Positions 56,727 through 64,000 of a stretch of DNA of 64,000 nucleotides are shown piece by piece. The stretch covers positions 32,001 through 96,000 of the forward strand of contig CAVYJM010000011.1 in the NCBI GenBank assembly GCA_963768855.1, written 5' to 3'. A program made the translations under genes and the position numbers. Source of the stretch: an uncultured Thermoplasmata archaeon (lineage in GTDB: Archaea > Thermoplasmatota > Thermoplasmata > RBG-16-68-12). The stretch's first letter is position 1. Every line of letters starts with the position of its first letter. The notes beneath the pieces were generated by a model. That model saw only the letters and a list, made by a program, of their open reading frames with translations. It was not told the origin of the DNA and did not search any database.

Positions 56727-57932
56727 ATGGCTCCCAGGGACCGCGCCGAGGCCGCCGTGCCGGTCACATGGCCTCAGGTCCACGCATTCCGCATGGCGCG
56801 GCACCACCTGGATCGTCCCGCACCCAGGACCCAGCTCATACGGGCCGTCGCGGACTCCTGCGGCGTCCAGGCTCAGGTCATGGCGGCCGCCCAGCTCGCC
56901 GTTCGCGTCCGGGTTGGCAGACTCACGCTCGAGGACATCGAGCGCGCCCTCTGGCAGGAACGCTCCCTCGCCAGGGTGTGGTGCATGCGCGGGACCGTCC
57001 ACCTCGTCCCCGCCGACGAGCTCGCGGTCTTCGTGCGGGGGTCCAGCACCCGGCAGGAGGGCCGTGTCGCATCTTGGCTAGACCGCACCGGAGCCTCGAG
57101 GGCGTCGGCCGATCGACTGATCCAGGCGGCGAGCGCGGCCATGGACCGGCCGCGGACTCGGGAGGACATCGCGGTGCGGATCCGTGACTCCCTCGGTCTG
57201 CCCATCGAGAAGAAGGGCTCGCGCGGGTGGGGCGGTCCCGCGGACGTGGCAGGTTTCAGGCTCGGACGCGCCGTGGTCACGGTCCCCGACATCGCGTTCA
57301 TCGCATCCTACCGCGGGCTCGCTTGCTTCGGGCCGGACGAGGGGCAGGGAACGACCTTCGTGCGGCCGGACGCCTGGCTACGCGAATGGCACGATCTCTC
57401 CGTGACGGATGCGGAAGAGGCTCTTCTCCGCCGGTATCTCCACGCGTTCGCCCCCGCAACCGCGTCCGACTTTGCGGCCTGGAGCGTCCTGACCGTGGGA
57501 CGTGCCCGGCAGATATGGTCCCGCATCGAGGACGATCTGTGCCCCGTGACCGTGGACGGGCACGGGGTGTGGGTCCTGCGCCGCGACCTTTCCTCCCTTG
57601 AGCGAGCGAAGCTCGATCGTCCGACGGTCCGCCTGCTGCCATATTTCGATTCGTTCCTCATGGGGCACAAGGAGCGGCGCCACCTCGTGGACGGGGCCCA
57701 CCACAAGCGGATCTATCGTCCGGCGGGTTGGGTGTACCCGGCCGTCCTCGTGGATGGGCAGGTCGCGGGCGAGTGGTCCTACGAGCGCAAGGCAGGACGT
57801 CTCCAGGTGCGGGTCCGACCGTACGCGCCTCTCGACGAGGAGGCGAAGGACCTTGTCCGGGCCGAAGCGGAGGACGTGGCGCGGTTCCTGGAAGCTTCGG
57901 AGGCGCACGTCAGCTTTGCGAGGGCTCGATGA
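56727..57932 (+). CDS. HTH_42 DNA glycosylase, AlkZ-like (QxQ motif)
   Basis: CGVQAQ, WCMRGTVHLV, LLRRYLHAFAPAT..DFAAWS, RLLPYFDSFLMG, VLVDGQVAGEW. Confidence 0.88.
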   Translation: MAPRDRAEAAVPVTWPQVHAFRMARHHLDRPAPRTQLIRAVADSCGVQAQVMAAAQLAVRVRVGRLTLEDIERALWQERSLARVWCMRGTVHLVPADELAVFVRGSSTRQEGRVASWLDRTGASRASADRLIQAASAAMDRPRTREDIAVRIRDSLGLPIEKKGSRGWGGPADVAGFRLGRAVVTVPDIAFIASYRGLACFGPDEGQGTTFVRPDAWLREWHDLSVTDAEEALLRRYLHAFAPATASDFAAWSVLTVGRARQIWSRIEDDLCPVTVDGHGVWVLRRDLSSLERAKLDRPTVRLLPYFDSFLMGHKERRHLVDGAHHKRIYRPAGWVYPAVLVDGQVAGEWSYERKAGRLQVRVRPYAPLDEEAKDLVRAEAEDVARFLEASEAHVSFARAR

Positions 57933-57941
57933 CCGCTCACC

Positions 57942-59666
57942 CTACGCGGACTTGGAAGAGGCCTTCGCGGCGGCGACCTCCCGCTCCCGAAGCTCCCGCC
58001 GCAGGACCTTGCCCACCATCGTCTTCGGAAGCTCCTTCTCGAAGGCCACCTGTTTCGGAACCCTGAACGGCGCGAGCTTCCCCTTGCAGAAGGCGATGAT
58101 CTCCTCGGCGGTCGCGGTCCCCCCCGGCTTGAGCACCACGTACGCCTTCACGCTCTCGCCGCGGTACGGGTCCGGGATGCCGATCACCGCGGCCTCCTGG
58201 ACCGCAGGGTGCATGTAGAGGACCTCCTCGACCTCGCGGGGGTACACGTTGTAGCCCGAGCAGAGGATCATGTCCTTCTTGCGGTCCACGATGAAGAAGT
58301 AGCCGTCCTCGTCCATCTTCGCGATGTCGCCGGTGAGGAGCCAACCGTCGTGGAGGACATTCGCGGTCTCCTCGGGCTTGTTCCAGTACCCTTTCATCAC
58401 CTGCGGCCCGCGAATCGCGAGCTCGCCGACGCCACCCTGGGGCACATCCTTCGACGCGTCGTCCACGTCCACGATCTTCGAATCCGTGTCGGGCCACGGG
58501 ATGCCGATCCCCTCCTTGATGAGGCCCTCCAGGGGGTTCGCATGGGTTACGGGGGATGCCTCGGTGAGGCCGAAACCCTCCACCAGCTTCCCGCCCGTCA
58601 CCCGCTCGAACTCGTGGCGCACCTCGTTCGGAAGGGGAGCCGAACCGGACACACAGGCCTTGATCGACCTCAGGTCGTACTTCGAGAGCTTGGGATGGCG
58701 GAGGATCGCGATGTACATCGTCGGAACGCCGGGGAAAAGCGTCGGGCGGCGCTTGTTGATCAGTTTGAGGATCACGTTGATCTCCCGCGGGTTCGGGTGG
58801 AGGATGACCTCCGCGCCATCCGCCACGGCCGCCGTCATCACCGTCGTCAGGCCGTAGACGTGGAACAGCGGGATCACCCCTAGGATGCGCTCCTGCTCCG
58901 TTCGCCTCCAGGGCAGCCACGCGTTGTCTTGGAGGGCGTTCGCGACCAGGTTCCTGTGGGTCAGCATGGCGCCCTTCGGGACGCCCGTCGTACCGCCTGT
59001 GTACTGGAGGACGGCCACGTCCTCCGACGGTCGCACGGGGGGCTCGGAGCCCGGCCGGGGGGTGGCGCGGACGAAGTCGCGGTAGCGATGGACCCAGGAG
59101 GCCTGGGGGATCTCGAGGGGCCAGTGGCCCTCCTTCTTCAAGTCCCCCCGCTTCCGGATGGGATAGAGCTGGCGCAGGGGGAATGGCAGGAAATCACCCA
59201 CGTCGCACAGGATGACGTTCGACACCCGGGTCTTCGGCTTGGCCTTCGCCAGGTTGGGCCAAAAGATGTCCAGCGCCACGACGGTCTCCACGCCCGCGTC
59301 GTTGTAGAGGTACTCGAGCTCCCGCGGCGTGTAGAGGAAGTTGGTCTGTACGACGACGCCGCCGGCGCGGAGCGTCCCGAAGAACGCGACAAAGAAGTGG
59401 GGCGTGTTGGGGAGCATCAGGGACACGCGGTCCCCGGGCTTCACCCCGAGCCCCCGCAGTCCGGCGGCGAAGCGGTCCGCGAGCTCGTCGAGCTCCCCGT
59501 AGGTGGTTCGCTTTCCGAAGAACACCATCGCGGTCCAGTCCGGATGCTCCTTGGCGGTCCGCCGCAACAGCTCATGCACCGCGATCTCGGGATACTCGAT
59601 GTGCTTCGGCACGCCCTCAGGCCAGTGCTTGTGCCAGGGCTTCGGCAGAATGGCCTCTGCTTGCAT
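57942..59666 (-). CDS. Long-chain-fatty-acid/aryl CoA ligase (AMP-binding)
   Basis: QYTGGTTGVPKG, EGFGLTE, WLLTGD, DRKKDMI, PKTMVGK. Confidence 0.95.
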   Translation of the reverse strand: MQAEAILPKPWHKHWPEGVPKHIEYPEIAVHELLRRTAKEHPDWTAMVFFGKRTTYGELDELADRFAAGLRGLGVKPGDRVSLMLPNTPHFFVAFFGTLRAGGVVVQTNFLYTPRELEYLYNDAGVETVVALDIFWPNLAKAKPKTRVSNVILCDVGDFLPFPLRQLYPIRKRGDLKKEGHWPLEIPQASWVHRYRDFVRATPRPGSEPPVRPSEDVAVLQYTGGTTGVPKGAMLTHRNLVANALQDNAWLPWRRTEQERILGVIPLFHVYGLTTVMTAAVADGAEVILHPNPREINVILKLINKRRPTLFPGVPTMYIAILRHPKLSKYDLRSIKACVSGSAPLPNEVRHEFERVTGGKLVEGFGLTEASPVTHANPLEGLIKEGIGIPWPDTDSKIVDVDDASKDVPQGGVGELAIRGPQVMKGYWNKPEETANVLHDGWLLTGDIAKMDEDGYFFIVDRKKDMILCSGYNVYPREVEEVLYMHPAVQEAAVIGIPDPYRGESVKAYVVLKPGGTATAEEIIAFCKGKLAPFRVPKQVAFEKELPKTMVGKVLRRELREREVAAAKASSKSA

Positions 59667-59795
59667 GTCCTCCCCTTCTCGGTGCGGAATCGTCTCCTGA
59701 GGCATTAAACATCGTCCCGCCTGTCCAAGGCGATTGCCGTCGGTCGACGCGAAACGATTATGCGGTGCAGCTCCCTCGGAGACGGCGGCGCACCC

Positions 59796-60561
59796 ATGCC
59801 GGAAGACGCACGAATCGAAGTGGCTCGCGAGGGCCCCGTCGCGGTCCTATTCCTCCATCACCCGCCGAAGAACCGGCTCACGCAGGCGATGATTCAGCAG
59901 CTCTCCGGCCATGTCGGGGCCATCGAGAAGGACGGCAGCGCAGCTGGCCGTCGTCGTTGCAGGAGCGGGAGGGCACACGTTCTGCGAGGGCCTCGATGCC
60001 ACGGAGTGGTCGGCCCTTTCCCCGAAGGACGCGCAGTCGGCCCTCCAGCGCGGGTTCGAGGCACTGTGGGCCCTCGAGCACCTGACGAAGCCCACGATTG
60101 CAGCCATCGAGGGCGGTTGCCGGAGCATCGGAGCGGAACTGGCCCTGGCCTGCGACCTCCGGTTCGCCTCGGAGACCGCGACGTTCGCGTTCCCGGAGAT
60201 CGACCAGGCCTGGATGCCGAGCCATGGGGGGACCGCGCGGCTGCCGCGGATGATTGGTCGGTCCCGGACCCTGGAGCTCTTCCTAACGGCGGCCAACGTC
60301 GACGCTCGAGAGGCCGCCAAGCTTGGCTTCGTGGAACACGTCACGAAACCCGGGGAGGCGATGACAAAGGCGCTCGCCCTGGCCAGTGCCTTCGCCGAGG
60401 AACCCCGCACGGCGGTCCATGCGATCAAGCGCGCGCTGACCGAGGCCGAGGAGAAACCGTACCGCAATCGGTTCCTCCTCGAAGCGCAGCACTCCGTGCA
60501 GCTCCTGTGGACGGACGCGTACCGCGAGGCCCAGGAGAAGGCGCGCCGCAAAAGCCCCTAG
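59796..60561 (+). pseudogene. Enoyl-CoA hydratase-like gene interrupted by a +1 frameshift near 59940 (or an assembly error)
   Basis: N-terminus (MPEDARIEVAREGPVAVLFLHHPPKNRL) is in one frame; the rest (VVVAGAGGHTFCEGLD...GAELALACD...FPEI) is in the +1 frame. Confidence 0.8.
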
Positions 60562-60610
60562 GCGGCGCAAACTCCTTCCCCCGCCCCGGCATGGTGGCTC
60601 CGGGGAACCG

Positions 60611-60973
60611 ATGGGGGCCGAGGCGCGGCGCGGCAAGGATGTGGACCGGCTCCTGACGGGGCTCGACCCGCCGCAGCGGGACGTCGCGATCGCCCTGCGG
60701 GAGTTTCTCCTCCAGGCGGGACCGGAGCTCCACGAGGCCGTGAAGTGGGGCGCTCCGTGCTATCTCGTGGAAAGGCTCGTGTGTTCGATCGCGGCGCACT
60801 CGGACCACACGAACCTCGAGTTCTACCACGGCACCTCGCTGCGGGACCCGAAGCGGCTCCTCGAGGGCAGCGGCAAATCCCTGCGGCACGTGAAGTTCCA
60901 CAAAGCTGCGGACATCAAGCCCGCGCTCCTGAAGCCGCTGCTCCGCGAGGCGATCGAGCTCGACGCCTCGTGA
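60611..60973 (+). CDS. DUF1801/YdhG-like protein
   Basis: LHEAVKWGAPCY, HTNLEF..G..L.DPKRLLEGSGKSLRHVK. Confidence 0.9.
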   Translation: MGAEARRGKDVDRLLTGLDPPQRDVAIALREFLLQAGPELHEAVKWGAPCYLVERLVCSIAAHSDHTNLEFYHGTSLRDPKRLLEGSGKSLRHVKFHKAADIKPALLKPLLREAIELDAS

Positions 60974-60982
60974 GACGTGTCG

Positions 60983-61690
60983 TCACTGCTTGTACGCTTT
61001 CGCGATCGCCCACACGGTGAGCGGGTAGCCCTTTGGGTCCACGTTGTCGATGATCTCGTGCAGGACCTCGCGTGCCTTCGGCTTCGGCAGGCTTCCGAGG
61101 AATGTGCGCTTCTTGTGCGTCTTCATCCACTCACGGAACTCGTCCTGCTTCGTGACATACAGCGAGCGGACCGTCTTGTCGACGAACTGGACGCCGGACT
61201 TCGTGCCGATCTGGTCCGCATCGTAGTCGCGCTGGAGGAACTCGAAGAAGAACCACTCGTCGTCGAGGAGCTCCCGCGAGAAGCATTGGAGCAGCGGCCC
61301 GAAGGAGTCCTTGTCCTGGTAGATCGGTGTGAGGAACTCCGCGCCCTTCTTCTCCAGGTACGCCCGGAACTTCACGATGTCCGTCGTGCGGAGGGCGAGG
61401 TGTTGGATGTACGTCTTGGCCTCCCCTGCCGGCTTCCCATCGAACCCGAACTTGAACGGCGCCTGGCCCTGCGAGACTTCGTCGGGGGCGTCGATCCCGA
61501 AGACCATCGCGATCCGCTCGTTCGTGTAGGGGTGGTGGAAGGCGGAGGTCGCCATCCCCGTCTTCTCCTCGCCGACCCGCGGCGTCTCGTAGACGACGCG
61601 GTAGCCGTCGCTGACGAGGAAGTCCCGCAGGTTGTTGAACACGGTCATGTCGCGCACGAGCACGGTCTTGTGGTCCGGCTTCAGCTTCAT
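60983..61690 (-). CDS. Single-domain VOC protein resembling the catalytic C-terminal half of 4-hydroxyphenylpyruvate dioxygenase
   Basis: PDH, IQHLALRTTDI, LLQCFS, FFFEFLQR facial-triad-like His/His/Glu; sits downstream of FAH. Confidence 0.72.
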   Translation of the reverse strand: MKLKPDHKTVLVRDMTVFNNLRDFLVSDGYRVVYETPRVGEEKTGMATSAFHHPYTNERIAMVFGIDAPDEVSQGQAPFKFGFDGKPAGEAKTYIQHLALRTTDIVKFRAYLEKKGAEFLTPIYQDKDSFGPLLQCFSRELLDDEWFFFEFLQRDYDADQIGTKSGVQFVDKTVRSLYVTKQDEFREWMKTHKKRTFLGSLPKPKAREVLHEIIDNVDPKGYPLTVWAIAKAYKQ

Positions 61691-61793
61691 GAATTCCGGG
61701 ACGGCCAATTGGATCCCCAGGCCGCGCATTGTCGGGCGATGTCCATAACCCTTGCGTGGTTGGATTTCGCATGACCGAAAATCGCACGGCGAT

Positions 61794-62804
61794 TCACGAG
61801 GTTCGCGCGATCGGGTTCGTGAGGATGCCGACTCCCTCGACCTCGAGCTCGACGATGTCCCCCGGGACGAGGTACGCCGCGGCATCGCCCTTTTCGAACT
61901 CGCACCCGCCGGGAATCGTCCCGCTCCCCCAGACCTCCCCCGCATGGACGGCCTGGCTCGCCGCGAGGAACGTGCCGAGTTCCTCGAACGACCAGGCGGC
62001 TCGCTGGCCCGCTTCGATCAGCGGGTTGCGGGTCACGAGGGTGCGGAGCCGGCCTGCGAGGCGCTGCACGCCGTTCACGCGGACTGCGACGCGCTGGTCG
62101 CGGAGGGCGCCGAACTCATCGCGCGTGACGACGCACGGGCCCAGGGCGTTCGCCCAGTCCTTCCCCACGGCGGGGCCCATCCCGACCCGCCCCGCGAGGG
62201 ACTGCAGGTCGCGCATCGAGAAGTCGTTGAAGATCGTCACCCCGAACAGGGACGGAGGGCCGCGGGTCCGGTCCGCGGTCGGGCCGACCACGTACCCGAT
62301 CTCCAGCTCGTAGTCGAGCTTCTGCGACGCGGTCTGGCTCCAGGTGCCGCCCTCGAAGGTCGCGAAGGTGGGGAACGGGACCGGTTCCCCGGGGCCCAGG
62401 AGGTTGAGCGCGTCCCCGTTGTAGTAGGCCGGGACGCGGTCCCACTCGGGGGGCACGCGGTCGCCGCGGGCGGCCCGGGTCCGCGCAATGTGCCCCCGGA
62501 AGGCGATGAAATCCCGCAGCAGCCGGGGCCACAGGGGTGCATGCAGGCGCACGCGGGCGGGATCGTGCGCGTAGGCGGGCCGGGACCGCGCGACGGCTCG
62601 CTCCGCCCGCCGCACGGCCGCCGTGGCCCGCCGCCATGCGCCTCCGGACAGGGTTCCGGCTGAATCGAGGAACGTGAGCATGTCGGAGGGCAGACGACGG
62701 TCCAATGCGTGCAGGTCCACGATCGTCTCCCATGCGTCCCAGGGGCCGAGGGCGGCACCCAGGCGCTCCGCCTCGCGCCCTCGCGAAAAGGTGAGGAGTC
62801 TCAT
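61794..62804 (-). CDS. Fumarylacetoacetate hydrolase family protein
   Basis: LLRDFIAFRGH, PAYYNG, LDYELE, IFNDFSMRD, GKD, GSGT, VELEVEGVGILTN; ATG at 62804. Confidence 0.92.
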   Translation of the reverse strand: MRLLTFSRGREAERLGAALGPWDAWETIVDLHALDRRLPSDMLTFLDSAGTLSGGAWRRATAAVRRAERAVARSRPAYAHDPARVRLHAPLWPRLLRDFIAFRGHIARTRAARGDRVPPEWDRVPAYYNGDALNLLGPGEPVPFPTFATFEGGTWSQTASQKLDYELEIGYVVGPTADRTRGPPSLFGVTIFNDFSMRDLQSLAGRVGMGPAVGKDWANALGPCVVTRDEFGALRDQRVAVRVNGVQRLAGRLRTLVTRNPLIEAGQRAAWSFEELGTFLAASQAVHAGEVWGSGTIPGGCEFEKGDAAAYLVPGDIVELEVEGVGILTNPIARTS

Positions 62805-63472
62805 GGGCCCCCACTCCCTAGGAGGCTCGTCCACGGCACCGGCGCTCCCTGCGACCGGCAGAGCGGACAACCCGCGGGCGCGAAGACCGGGATCTCCGCG
62901 CGGAGGGCGCTGTAGAAGCGGCCACCGAGGGTCGCCTCGGTCTCCGCAACCTTGGGCGCGGTCCCCTTGACGAAGACGGCGGCCGCCACGCGGGTCCCGC
63001 CGAGGCGCTCCACGAATTCGGGGAGGCGCTCGCCGACGCACCGCCCGGTGTGGCTCACCCCGTTGAGGACGAGCGCCCGGGCCCCGCGTTCGAGGCGTCC
63101 CTCCACGAGGCGGTCCCCGAATCGGCCGCTCGGGAGGTACTCCCAGTAGGCCGCGGGTCGCCCGACCGAACTGGCCACGGCGTCCGCGAGGACCCGGACC
63201 GCCGGCTGCGCGGGGGCGAACAGGACGTCGAACTCGATGTGCTCGCGGTCGATCCAAGCGACCAGATCCTCCCGGATCCAGTCGACGAAGCGCGGGTCCG
63301 CGGTCACCGGTTCCAGGAGGAAGAACCCCTGGAGATGGTTCCCCCGCTCGTCCGCGGGGTACCGATAATGCCCGTCCGGGTGGAACGGCCTCGCCGTGCG
63401 GAGGACTCTCTCGAGGTGTTCGCGCGGGAACGTCGCGGAGGTCGCGGTCAGCCGCTCGCCCAGGGAGTCCAT
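62801..63472 (-). CDS. Type I phosphoribosyltransferase-fold protein with a degenerate PRPP loop
   Basis: PyrE-like GHY...GNH, ALVLNGVSHTG (normally VVDDVxxTG), C-terminal CPLC; ATGA-coupled to FAH. Confidence 0.75.
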   Translation of the reverse strand: MDSLGERLTATSATFPREHLERVLRTARPFHPDGHYRYPADERGNHLQGFFLLEPVTADPRFVDWIREDLVAWIDREHIEFDVLFAPAQPAVRVLADAVASSVGRPAAYWEYLPSGRFGDRLVEGRLERGARALVLNGVSHTGRCVGERLPEFVERLGGTRVAAAVFVKGTAPKVAETEATLGGRFYSALRAEIPVFAPAGCPLCRSQGAPVPWTSLLGSGGP

Positions 63473-63485
63473 CGTCCCGCCCCGG

Positions 63486-64000
63486 TCACGCGCTCGGGGA
63501 TTCCCATCCCGGGCCCGCGGCCTGCTCGGGTGCCCGGGCGTCGGACCAGCTCAGGACATACTCCGGGTCGCGGAACGCCCAGCCGTCCGTCGTGATGCGC
63601 ATGCTCTCGAAGTACGTGTCGAGCATGACCGCAAGGCGGGGCGAGACCGTGCCCCGGTCCGCGAGGGACCTCGCCGCGGCCTGGCCCTGCGGGCTGTGGG
63701 GCGTGGCCCCGGGGTGGAACGTGAACGAGCCCTCTTCGATCACTCCCTTGCGGGCCTCGTAGGCCATGTTGCAGAAGAACATGAGTTCGTCGCTGTCGAC
63801 GTTGAAGTGCGCGTAGGGCGCGGGCACCTCCTTGGGATTCCAGCCCTGCATGACGGGCACGAAGGAGCACAGGGAGAAGCCGTTGCTCGGCACGTTCCCG
63901 GACTGGAACGTCTGGTGCATCGGCGGCGCGGTGTGGATCTCCCGCGCGATCCCGTGGTGGCGGTGGATGTCGAAGAGGAACGGGTAGAGGGCGCCCTCCC
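63486..64000 (-). CDS. hmgA: Homogentisate 1,2-dioxygenase (3' part; runs off the window)
   Basis: IHTAPPMHQTF, CSFVP, PAPYAHFNVDSDE, FHPGATPHSP; open frame to the window edge. Confidence 0.85.
   Translation of the reverse strand, partial: EGALYPFLFDIHRHHGIAREIHTAPPMHQTFQSGNVPSNGFSLCSFVPVMQGWNPKEVPAPYAHFNVDSDELMFFCNMAYEARKGVIEEGSFTFHPGATPHSPQGQAAARSLADRGTVSPRLAVMLDTYFESMRITTDGWAFRDPEYVLSWSDARAPEQAAGPGWESPSA

Noticed and set aside
1-64000. Hundreds of long overlapping alternative-frame ORFs in the track (e.g. 13565..14959-, 23318..24730-, 30605..32401-, 51258..53834-)
   Set aside because: Shadow ORFs expected in GC-rich DNA: Arg/Pro/Gly-rich, no motifs, and overlapping well-supported genes
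1-64000. CRISPR arrays, tRNA, rRNA, IS/transposases, integrases
   Set aside because: No regularly spaced direct repeats, cloverleaf/T-loop motifs, rRNA signatures or DDE/tyrosine-recombinase motifs were recognised by eye

Overview
GC-rich archaeal chromosomal segment. TFB, aIF1/SUI1, a Bat-type HTH_10 regulator, DUF2080, a single-OB SSB and TATA-box/near-leaderless gene starts point to a heterotrophic Thermoplasmata-like archaeon; the lineage is inferred, not proven. About 63 protein genes, densely packed; no rRNA, tRNA, CRISPR array or transposase was recognised. The dominant theme is peptide, amino-acid, aromatic and acyl-CoA catabolism: S8 and M20 peptidases, GabT+MmsA, an aldehyde dehydrogenase, a GcvP-like pair, HmgA/FAH/HPPD-like genes, a CoA ligase, crotonases and an acyl-CoA dehydrogenase. 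Anaplerosis is represented by a bacterial-type PEP carboxylase and isocitrate lyase. The most interesting observations are: (1) a BoxB-like diiron benzoyl-CoA epoxidase with an insertion, followed by a single-domain BoxC-like lyase and no BoxA; (2) a stand-alone divergent GcvPA/PB pair without T or H proteins, next to a saccharopine/carboxynorspermidine-dehydrogenase-like gene, an ALDH and an SDR; (3) an HxlR-type Cys-bearing regulator translationally coupled to a variant TFB; (4) a claudin/Sur7-like 4-TM domain fused to a longin-like domain; (5) a homogentisate operon with a half-size HPPD and a degenerate PRTase; (6) a Rieske fold that has lost both His ligands; (7) a PEPC with an apparent Arg/Met swap in its catalytic motif; (8) a ~225-nt structured leader upstream of aceA. 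All family assignments come from motif recognition by eye and from remembered family consensus; no database search was run.
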